Positions 56,571-64,000 of a DNA stretch of 64,000 nucleotides are shown in pieces. Numbering within the stretch: the stretch's first letter is position 1; each line of letters starts with the position of its first letter. Made by a program: the position numbers and the translations under genes. Below the pieces are notes generated by a model. It had not been told where the DNA came from, made no database searches, and saw only the letters and a program-made list of their open reading frames with translations. The stretch is from an uncultured virus (IMG/VR IMGVR_UViG_3300006417_000331) (taxonomy: Duplodnaviria; Heunggongvirae; Uroviricota; Caudoviricetes), in IMG/VR virus record IMGVR_UViG_3300006417_000331; one strand, 5' to 3'.

Positions 56571-58562
56571 ATGATGACACTGAAGCTAATGAATCCATTG
56601 AACCCTTTTAAGTTACAGCAAACCTCATACGAAGTTTGGGATAGCAAGTATCGGCTGAAGGATGACAATGGAAATCCGATAGATCAAACGGTTGATGATT
56701 CCTTTAAGCGAGTGTCGGGTGCCCTTGCCAAGGTCGAGACCCGCGATCAGGAGCTTTGGTACGAGCGATTCTTGTTTGCAATGAGGAGTGGAGCCATCCC
56801 TGCGGGACGAATTATGTCGAACGCCGGAGCGGAACAGTATAAGCCAAAGACTTCGTTGATCAATTGCGTCGTTTCCGATCAAATCAATGACGATATGTAT
56901 TCAATTTTGAATAAATTGCGTGATGCAGGGATGACGCTAAAAGCGGGCTGTGGTATCGGTTATGAATTTAGTACGCTCCGCCCTAAAGGCGCGTATGTTG
57001 CTGGCTCTGGCGCTCACACCTCTGGGCCACTATCGTTCATGGATGTTTATGACAAGATGTGTTTTACCATTTCCAGCGCAGGAGGTCGGCGAGGAGCGCA
57101 GATGGCGACATTTGATATTCGTCATCCTGATGTGATTGAGTTCATTAAAGCAAAACGTGAAGCTGGACGGCTGCGACAATTCAATCTGTCGTTACTGATT
57201 ACCGATGACTTTATGGAAGCGGTTAAAGAGAACAGTGAATGGAAGTTCACGTTTCCGCTGGATTCAGATAACGTATACAAAACAATTTCTGCTCGTGATC
57301 TATGGAATATGATTATTAAATCCAATTATGAATTTGCGGAGCCTGGTTTTTTATTGATTGATGAAATCAATCGTATGAATAACAACTGGTTCTGTGAAAA
57401 TATTAGAGCGACCAATCCATGTGGAGAGCAGCCACTTCCTTATAATGGATCGTGTTTATTAGGTTCGATTGATTTAACACAATTCGTAAAAAATCCGTTT
57501 ACTTCAGAAGCCTGCTTTGATTGGGGGCGCTATGCTAAAATTATTCGTATCTTCACTCGAATGCTTGATAATGTAGTAGAACTGAATGGGTTGTCATTAG
57601 AAGGCCATAGAAAAGAGTTAGAGTTAAAACGTAGGCATGGAATGGGATACTTTGGATTGGGTTCCGTTTTTTCGATGCTCAATATGTCCTATGGCTCACC
57701 AGAGTCTATTAAGGTTACTCAATCAATTACTGAAGCGTTAGCTATTGAAGGGTACTTTGCTGGATTAGAGTTGTCAATGGAGAAGGGGCCAGCGCCAATT
57801 ATGGAGGATGATTTTGAGGTTACTGATGAATTACGAAAGAAGCGACCTGAATTGTTTATGTCACACAGAAATAAAAATACGGTTAAAGGAAAGTATCTTC
57901 ACGCAAACAGTGAATACATGCAACGTATTGCTAAACTTGAGCCAGAGTTAGTAATGAAGTTAGAAACACATGGTTGCAGATTTACCCATCACTCCTCGAT
58001 AGCTCCGACAGGGACCATCGCGCTATCCTTTGGAAATAACGCTAGTAACGGAATTGAGCCTAGCTTCTCACATCATTACTTTCGTAACGTAATTCAGCAA
58101 GGAAAGAACACAAAAAATAAGACGACTGTGTATTCAAAGGAAGCGTTAATCTATGCCAATCTATTTGGAAAGCCGTTACCAGACTGGTGTTTGACTGCGA
58201 ATCAGATTACTCCGCAGCAGCATATTGATATTCAGGCTGCGGCGCAATACTGGGTTGATAGCTCGATTTCAAAAACAGTAAATGTCCCTTCAGATTGTTC
58301 AATGGAAGATTTTAATGAAATCTATCTCTATGCCTATGAAATGGGATTAAAAGGATGCGCTACTTTTCGCTTCAACCCTGATGCTTTTCAAGGGGTATTA
58401 GTGACTCAATCAGACCTTGATAACACCACTTATCAGTTCACTTTGGAGGATGGAAGTATTATCGAAGCCACTGGGTCAGATACGATTGAATATGATGATG
58501 AATTACACGGTGCAGCTAATCTTTTTGACGCTTTGAAGGAAGGTCTGTATGGAAAGTTCTAA
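56571..58562 (+). CDS. nrdJa: Class II (B12-dependent) ribonucleotide reductase, large part
   Basis: PAGRI..NAG, INC, GCGIG..FS.LRP, RRGAQM, TNPCGEQPL...CLLGS, APTGTI, SKTVNVP, KGC..FR. Confidence 0.92.
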   Translation: MMTLKLMNPLNPFKLQQTSYEVWDSKYRLKDDNGNPIDQTVDDSFKRVSGALAKVETRDQELWYERFLFAMRSGAIPAGRIMSNAGAEQYKPKTSLINCVVSDQINDDMYSILNKLRDAGMTLKAGCGIGYEFSTLRPKGAYVAGSGAHTSGPLSFMDVYDKMCFTISSAGGRRGAQMATFDIRHPDVIEFIKAKREAGRLRQFNLSLLITDDFMEAVKENSEWKFTFPLDSDNVYKTISARDLWNMIIKSNYEFAEPGFLLIDEINRMNNNWFCENIRATNPCGEQPLPYNGSCLLGSIDLTQFVKNPFTSEACFDWGRYAKIIRIFTRMLDNVVELNGLSLEGHRKELELKRRHGMGYFGLGSVFSMLNMSYGSPESIKVTQSITEALAIEGYFAGLELSMEKGPAPIMEDDFEVTDELRKKRPELFMSHRNKNTVKGKYLHANSEYMQRIAKLEPELVMKLETHGCRFTHHSSIAPTGTIALSFGNNASNGIEPSFSHHYFRNVIQQGKNTKNKTTVYSKEALIYANLFGKPLPDWCLTANQITPQQHIDIQAAAQYWVDSSISKTVNVPSDCSMEDFNEIYLYAYEMGLKGCATFRFNPDAFQGVLVTQSDLDNTTYQFTLEDGSIIEATGSDTIEYDDELHGAANLFDALKEGLYGKF

Positions 58563-59178
58563 TCCAGTCATTAGGATTGACCGCAAGATTGTGGCTTGGG
58601 CAGTGAAATCGGTTTCATCTGATCCTGTTTTTGTTGAACCTGCTCAATCCGTGAGGTCCTTGCAACAACGTCCTGAGAAATTAAGCGGCAGCACCTACAA
58701 AGTGAAGACGCCGCTGTCTGAACATGCGATGTATATTACCTTAAATGACCTTGTGATTAACGAGCAGCGTCGCCCTTTTGAAATCTTTATCAACAGCAAG
58801 GATATGAAAAGTTATCCGTGGATCGTGGCGTTGACGCGATTGATGAGTGCAGTATTTAGAAATGGTGGAGATGTTACTTTCCTTATTGACGAATTAAAAT
58901 TTGTGTTTGACCCTAATGGTGGATACTTCAGTAAAGGGAAGTATGTGCCTTCAATTATTTCAGAGATTGGTTATATTATTGAACAGCACTTGATTGAATG
59001 TGGCCTGTTCAAGCGTGACGAATCACTAAAACAAGCAGCGATTGATGAGGTGCAGGCAAACAGTGCGGGTGTATTCTATGAAGGACTGTCACGTTGCTCG
59101 AAGTGTGGCGATACCTCAATCGTAGTCAAGGAAGGTTGTTCGACGTGTCTGAGTTGCGGTGATTCAAAGTGTTCTTGA
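58549..59178 (+). CDS. nrdJb: NrdJb (TSCPD domain plus Zn ribbon)
   Basis: RPE.L.GSTYK.KTP..EHA.YIT.ND, PFEIFINSK, ALTR..SAVFR.GGD, EGC.TC..CG.SKC. Confidence 0.9.
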   Translation: MESSNPVIRIDRKIVAWAVKSVSSDPVFVEPAQSVRSLQQRPEKLSGSTYKVKTPLSEHAMYITLNDLVINEQRRPFEIFINSKDMKSYPWIVALTRLMSAVFRNGGDVTFLIDELKFVFDPNGGYFSKGKYVPSIISEIGYIIEQHLIECGLFKRDESLKQAAIDEVQANSAGVFYEGLSRCSKCGDTSIVVKEGCSTCLSCGDSKCS

Positions 59179-59418
59179 AGGCATAGGTAATGACTAGATA
59201 GCAATTAAAATCGTTGCTATCTATTTTGAATGATGATAGTATTGTTTGTGACGCCTAATGAGGATCGATGATGGACTTTGAATTCTGGTTTTGGGTTATT
59301 GTTGCTTTTCTGGTTGGACGCAATCGCCACTGTAGAGTTTCGCTTTTCTACTGCGGAGACGATGAAGATAAATACAATAAATCATTGATAGGAATTCTAC
59401 TGAAAAAATGAAAACAAT

Positions 59419-59493
59419 GGATTCGTAGCTCAATGGCAGAGCGGGTTGGTTACTCTATCCGGTTACAGGTTCGAGTCCTGTCGAATCAATCCA
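59419..59493 (+). tRNA. tRNA-like element or pseudo-tRNA (nominal anticodon TAC, Val)
   Basis: GGATTCG acceptor, TAGCTCAATGGCAGAGC D-arm, ACAGG-TTCGAGT-CCTGT T-arm and a terminal CCA. The anticodon stem is mismatched, position 37 is a pyrimidine and 1-72 is unpaired. Confidence 0.6.
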
Positions 59494-59500
59494 TTCAATG

Positions 59501-60026
59501 AACATAAAAACACATAATGAAGTTCTTTTCGGAGGTGCCTATGAATACGTTTAATAAATTTGTAACTATTCGTAAACTGTTGGTCAATCGTGCTGCCGAG
59601 GTGATGATGTATGATAAATGGGATGTAAAGTTTGCAGTGAATGAAATTACTTATTTTCCAATCTTTGTTAAAGAACAAATGAAGAATGGAGGATTACTAT
59701 TCGATCTTAATCCATCTGAGTTAACAGAAAAAGAAATGATTGATTTAGGCTTTATAAAGTATAGTAATGAAAATGATATTTACTTAATTCCACTATGGTC
59801 ATTGCCATTCTTAAAGAATGGTATTAAAGTCGAATTTATTGACGGAGAGGTTCGCTTGCTTGATAAATCCACAGTGGATACAGATAATCGGTTTGGATGT
59901 GTAGCATTTGGTGTTTCTCCAAAGTCTATATAAGGTTTAATTATTATGTAGAGCCGTAGGTTCGAGTGTACCCACAAATATATTGATATTTTTCAGATAA
60001 CATAAAAACACATAATGAAGTTCTTT
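59501..60026 (+). repeat. 28-bp direct repeat (59501-59528 and 59999-60026) flanking one ORF
   Basis: AACATAAAAACACATAATGAAGTTCTTT occurs twice. Confidence 0.85.
59541..59933 (+). CDS. Hypothetical phage protein
   Basis: GGAGGTG RBS; LIPLW...D.D.RFGC.AFG motif. Confidence 0.65.
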   Translation: MNTFNKFVTIRKLLVNRAAEVMMYDKWDVKFAVNEITYFPIFVKEQMKNGGLLFDLNPSELTEKEMIDLGFIKYSNENDIYLIPLWSLPFLKNGIKVEFIDGEVRLLDKSTVDTDNRFGCVAFGVSPKSI

Positions 60027-60216
60027 GCGAAAGTAGGTTGGCTGTTTAGTCCAGTACGCAAAACGCTGGGCATTAGTCTTGCATGTATTGCGACATGCTT
60101 GAACAGAAAGAATCGAGCCACAAAAGAGATAGCGCTGTCTCATGCGTGGATAGTAACAAAGAGCTTCATTATTTGCTTTGATAATTCTGTTAACTTCGTT
60201 AACTAAAAGGAATGCC

Positions 60217-61341
60217 ATGAAATTTGAAATTTCCCGTTCTGTGTTGCTGAATGCGATTCAGTCTGTAGCGTCAGCCGCTTCAACTACAACAAAGGATACG
60301 CTACCCATTTTACAGCATATCCTAATTCGACTTACTCATGAGCAATTACGGATGACAGCGACTAATCTTGAGATTGAATTATCTTCCGTAACTGGTTGTA
60401 TTGAGAATGGGATTCAAGTATCTGTGATTGGAGAGCTAACAGTTCCTGCCAGGAAATTTATGGATGTGGTTCGTGCTTTTCCTGAAGAAACGATTAAAAT
60501 TGAATTAGCAAAAGATAACAAGCTCAGTATAAAGTGTGGGCGCAGTCGTTTCACTTTATCTGTGCTTAATGCTATGGATTATCCGAATAGTATTGAAATA
60601 AATCCAGTAGATTCCATAACTGTTCATGAAGGGATGTTCAAAAAAGCACTCAATGCTGTTTTTCATGCAGCCGCAGTAAATGATGTTCGCTACTACTTAA
60701 ATGGTGTGCATCTTGATTTTAATAAAATCCATGGATTGAATATAGTGGCTACCAATGGACATAGATTGAGTATTGAAAATTTGGCTGTTGATTCTAAAAA
60801 TGACTGGAATATGATTATCCCAATAGGGACTATTGATAAGATTTTGAAGCTGTTAGAAGACAGTGAAGAACAGTTAAAGCTATTGTATATGAAGAATTTT
60901 TTTTCATTTAGCAAAGATAACGTGATGCTAAAAGCGAAGTTAGTGGATGGCATTTTTCCTGATTATCAACGTGTTATCCCTAAAGATTCACAAGTTACCG
61001 TGATTATTGATCGTGAATCTCTGTTGTCTGTAATTAAGCGTGTTCTGTGTGTTATGAGTGATAGGAATACACCAGCTTCTTTTGAATTTAGTCAGAGTAT
61101 GTTGATAATTTACGGAAAGAATGATGCAAATGAACATGCAGATGAGTCTATTGAAATTTCGACATCTTCTGATATTAAATCACCCATTATTGTTGGCTTA
61201 AACTGCCGGTATATTGCTGAAGCATTGAGTTCGATTGAAACCGAATTGGTGAAGATTGGATTAAATGACTCATTAAGTCCGTGTTTGATTGAGCCACTTG
61301 ATGGATGTGGAAAAAGGGTAATCATGCCTACTCGCCTATAA
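60217..61341 (+). CDS. dnaN: DNA polymerase III beta sliding clamp
   Basis: LPIL, TATNLEIEL, TVPARKF.D..R, RSRFTLS, DVRYYLNG, VATNGHRL, KLVDG.FPDY.RVIP, VIMP.RL. Confidence 0.93.
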   Translation: MKFEISRSVLLNAIQSVASAASTTTKDTLPILQHILIRLTHEQLRMTATNLEIELSSVTGCIENGIQVSVIGELTVPARKFMDVVRAFPEETIKIELAKDNKLSIKCGRSRFTLSVLNAMDYPNSIEINPVDSITVHEGMFKKALNAVFHAAAVNDVRYYLNGVHLDFNKIHGLNIVATNGHRLSIENLAVDSKNDWNMIIPIGTIDKILKLLEDSEEQLKLLYMKNFFSFSKDNVMLKAKLVDGIFPDYQRVIPKDSQVTVIIDRESLLSVIKRVLCVMSDRNTPASFEFSQSMLIIYGKNDANEHADESIEISTSSDIKSPIIVGLNCRYIAEALSSIETELVKIGLNDSLSPCLIEPLDGCGKRVIMPTRL

Positions 61342-61373
61342 TAATAGATTAAAATGATTTATAATTATTTTAA

Positions 61374-61919
61374 TTGATGTTAAACTCTATTTGTAAAAAC
61401 CAAGGGGGCTTAATGAACCAACATGGGCTTAGTTTGTTACAATTAAAAGTGCTTAAAGCTATGGCGTCTGGCGAGCTATTAACTCGCGTTAAGATTAAAA
61501 CGCAGGTTAACATAACAAAGAGTACAACGCTTACTCGTATTCTTAGCCGTCTTGAAGCATTTGGATTGATTAAGAATATAGATGGTGGCGGTTTTAGAAT
61601 TACCACTTCTGGTGTTACTTGTCTTAAGTCAATGTATACCGATCCAAAAGATAACATTGATGAGATTATAGATTCTGAAGCAGGCTCCATATCTGTTGAA
61701 TCTGATTATACTGATAGCAATATGCCTAACACAATACCTGAGTCGGTAATTGATGATCTTGAATGGTTGCGTCTGCTGAGTTTAGAGGTTGCTGGACGTG
61801 TTGCTGGTGAAAGTGACCTGAACAGGGTGATGATTTATTCTCGTGCTGCTGCTGATTTAGCAACCACCTATTCTTTTTTGTACCACTCAAGCCCTGTGAT
61901 GCTATCAACAAATGAATAA
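61374..61919 (+). CDS. Winged-helix domain protein
   Basis: LKVLKAM...TLTRILSRLEAFGLI....GG.F.IT..G. Confidence 0.6.
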   Translation: MMLNSICKNQGGLMNQHGLSLLQLKVLKAMASGELLTRVKIKTQVNITKSTTLTRILSRLEAFGLIKNIDGGGFRITTSGVTCLKSMYTDPKDNIDEIIDSEAGSISVESDYTDSNMPNTIPESVIDDLEWLRLLSLEVAGRVAGESDLNRVMIYSRAAADLATTYSFLYHSSPVMLSTNE

Positions 61920-62211
61920 AGTATTAAAAATAGCGCTTGATTATGATGAAACATTCACATCTGATCGAAGTTTCTGGAGAAACTTCGTGATTCTGTCGAA
62001 AATAAGCAATCATCAGATCGTGTTTGTCACTTATCGAACTAATAGAGAAGTTGATAACAACTCTGATATTGAATCAGACGCTATAACATGTGGAATCAAT
62101 GTTATTTACTCACAAGGTCAGCCGAAGCGAACGGTCTTTGATGCCGATATATGGATTGACGATTCTCCAGAAACGATTGTTGAGCTAGACGATGTATGTT
62201 TTTTGCTTTGA
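61912..62211 (+). CDS. Minimal HAD-like protein
   Basis: IALDYDETF, VTYR, K, DIWIDDSP. Confidence 0.75.
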   Translation: MNKVLKIALDYDETFTSDRSFWRNFVILSKISNHQIVFVTYRTNREVDNNSDIESDAITCGINVIYSQGQPKRTVFDADIWIDDSPETIVELDDVCFLL

Positions 62212-62269
62212 CGCTATTTCCTATTCTCAAGGCGTAGGCTAAAAACTGAAGAATTTTTGAATAAATTTA

Positions 62270-62299
62270 TTGACATTTCAGTGAATTCTGTGCTATAAG
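62270..62299 (+). promoter_or_regulatory. Sigma70-like promoter for the head genes
   Basis: TTGACA-18 bp-TATAAG with TG extended -10. Confidence 0.55.
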
Positions 62300-62307
62300 T
62301 TTTCAGC

Positions 62308-63285
62308 ATGAAAACTCAATCTTTTACTCTTTCTTTTGCGCCTTCGCCTCGTTCTGAGGCCTCGCCGACTCAATTTGAAGGGGTTGCGTACAGCGGTGGT
62401 GTGATTCCTGGTCATGGATGGTTGGGTGATATTGCAATTGACTTGTCATCTTTTCAGTTTCCAGATAAACCATTGTTTGCCTTGGTGAACCATGATCCCG
62501 ATCAACGGGCTGGAAAATGCTCTGTTTTTAATTCGGGTCAGGAATTGATAGTCAATGGCGTATTCAGTGAAGTCACTGAAGCAGGAAAAACAGTAGCCGC
62601 AGAATTTGCTGAAGGCGCTCCGTGGCAATTTAGCGTAGGGATTAAAGCGGAAATTGAATATTTCGATGATCCTACTGAAATGACTGTTAATGGTCGTACT
62701 GTTCGTATTTCTGCTTTAATGAAGAAAGCCAGGATTCTTGAGGTTTCTTTTGTCCCTGCTGGAGCCGATCCGAATACTAAAGTGATCGCTTTTGCTAATG
62801 ATAGCCGATCTCAAAGAGAGGATTTATTGATGGATGGTAAAGATGTCCAGATTAAACTTGAGGCTGCGAATCAGTTGATTATTGATTTGCAAAGCAAGAT
62901 CAATGCGGCTGAAATTGAACATGGAAAAGCCATTGCTTCGCTTGAACATTCGCTAAAAGAAGAATGCAAGCGTAGCCTTGATTTTTCAGTCCGTGCTGAG
63001 GCGGCTGAAAATGAAATCAATACTATACGATTAGCCAATCGTGTAGCTTCGGTAAAGCGCTTATTCTCTGAGATTCACCGTGAATACGACGAAGTGACTG
63101 CGAAACCGTACATTGAACTTACTGATGCAGCCTTTGCTCTGTTCGAGTCTGACTTGAAGTCGTTTAAGCCCACTGTACAAAAAGATTGGTTTCAAGATAC
63201 TACTAGAAATGGTAAAGAATCAGTATCAGAGATGACTCTGAATGCTAAACTCTTTAACCAGGTGTCTGGTAAGGCAAAGGAATAA
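62308..63285 (+). CDS. Prohead protease with scaffold-like C-terminus
   Basis: F.GVAYSGG, L.NHD, PWQ.SVG, EVSFVP.GAD..T; coiled-coil tail. Confidence 0.85.
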   Translation: MKTQSFTLSFAPSPRSEASPTQFEGVAYSGGVIPGHGWLGDIAIDLSSFQFPDKPLFALVNHDPDQRAGKCSVFNSGQELIVNGVFSEVTEAGKTVAAEFAEGAPWQFSVGIKAEIEYFDDPTEMTVNGRTVRISALMKKARILEVSFVPAGADPNTKVIAFANDSRSQREDLLMDGKDVQIKLEAANQLIIDLQSKINAAEIEHGKAIASLEHSLKEECKRSLDFSVRAEAAENEINTIRLANRVASVKRLFSEIHREYDEVTAKPYIELTDAAFALFESDLKSFKPTVQKDWFQDTTRNGKESVSEMTLNAKLFNQVSGKAKE

Positions 63286-63287
63286 TC

Positions 63288-63692
63288 ATGGCTACGTTTA
63301 TAGAACCCAATCGGAATTACGCCTTTCTTAAAAGCGAAGGGAACGGAACCGTCTCGCGTGAAACGGTAACGATGCTTCAGGATGCGGGAAAAACTCAACC
63401 CTGCGTTGCAGGAACCGTGCTAGGACGGATTACAGCTACGGGTAAATATACCCCCTATGACGATACGGTAGCCGGGCTTGTTGCTGCTGGAGCGACGGTA
63501 GCTGCCGGGATTCTGGCTCAGAACGTAGATTCAGCGTTGCTGGCGGCGGGTGATGTTTCTGTTCAAATCATTCGGCGTTTAGCTGAAGTGAAGGAAGCTG
63601 AATTGGTTTGGCATACCTTGGTGGATGCGACGGCCAAGGCCGCAGCGAAAACGGCTTTGGCCGACACCAATATGATCGTGATTCGGAGCTAA
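63288..63692 (+). CDS. Head decoration protein
   Basis: SRE.VT, AGTVLG.ITA.GKY, A.GIL, R.AEV....L.W. Confidence 0.85.
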   Translation: MATFIEPNRNYAFLKSEGNGTVSRETVTMLQDAGKTQPCVAGTVLGRITATGKYTPYDDTVAGLVAAGATVAAGILAQNVDSALLAAGDVSVQIIRRLAEVKEAELVWHTLVDATAKAAAKTALADTNMIVIRS

Positions 63693-63697
63693 GCCCA

Positions 63698-64000
63698 ATG
63701 GATATTTTTCGTGATTATTTTACTCGTGAACAACTGCTGTTGTCTCTGTCGAAAGTACCGTTTATTCCAGGGCGACTGTCTGAATACTTCGATACGATAG
63801 GACTCAGCGGAACCTTGTTTTCGATTGAATCTCGTCCTGAGAATGCGCCTTCTATTATTGCAGCCACGCCTCGTGGAACGCCATCGAAAGTTGAAACGCT
63901 TGAAAAGCGCAGCGTTTACACCTTTGAAACCACTCATCGGCGTTTTGACGGCTCTGTTTTTGCTGACGAAGTGCTGAATATGCGCGGTTCTGGGGCCAAT
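63698..64000 (+). CDS. Major capsid protein (lambda gpE-like), 3' partial
   Basis: Manual translation MDIFRDYFTREQLLLSLSKVPFIPGRL...TPRG.P...ADEVLNMR; follows the decoration gene and runs off the window. Confidence 0.8.
   Translation, partial: MDIFRDYFTREQLLLSLSKVPFIPGRLSEYFDTIGLSGTLFSIESRPENAPSIIAATPRGTPSKVETLEKRSVYTFETTHRRFDGSVFADEVLNMRGSGAN

Noticed and set aside
59419..59493. Functional suppressor (TTA) or Asn (GTT) tRNA
   Set aside because: Canonical numbering puts TAC at positions 34-36, and the arm is mismatched, so identity cannot be assigned.
1..64000. CRISPR array or mini-array
   Set aside because: I found no repeats of 23-47 bp with regular unique spacers. The only 28-bp repeat has two copies about 500 bp apart around a gene.
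1..64000. Diversity-generating retroelement or retron behind the variable peptides or tail repeats
   Set aside because: No reverse transcriptase motif and no template/variable pair differing only at adenines was seen.

Overview
The whole window is a circularly permuted part of a tailed dsDNA phage genome, probably infecting a beta- or gammaproteobacterium (H-NS, a Fur box and split NrdJa/NrdJb point that way). It opens inside tail and fibre genes (1-9604), including SPRY-domain proteins. A plasmid-type ParA/ribbon-helix-helix partition cassette with centromere-like repeats and an HTH replication initiator follow. A long leftward early/accessory arm (12.8-31.9 kb) carries DNA methyltransferases, H-NS, SSB, an intein-containing UvrD-like helicase, Sak4, RecE and many small ORFs and pseudogenes. 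After a palindrome-rich control region (30.4-32.9 kb) come XRE regulators, a primase-helicase, lysis genes, a second fibre-like module, TerS, TerL with two inteins, thyA, a Mu-like portal, nrdJab, a tRNA-like element, dnaN, head protease, head decoration protein and the start of the major capsid gene. No integrase is visible, so a plasmid-like prophage lifestyle is plausible. The best leads are: (1) a stand-alone Csx20/Crn1-like protein, a candidate anti-type-III-CRISPR ring nuclease; (2) three copies of a DUF6948-like gene, each overlapping a variable Gly-Tyr-Asp repeat peptide; (3) a dispersed ATCA-N7-TGAT operator network; (4) a near-perfect Fur box beside a promoter facing a non-coding tract; (5) three inteins, none starting with Cys/Ser. 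All family assignments come from motif recognition by eye, not from database searches.
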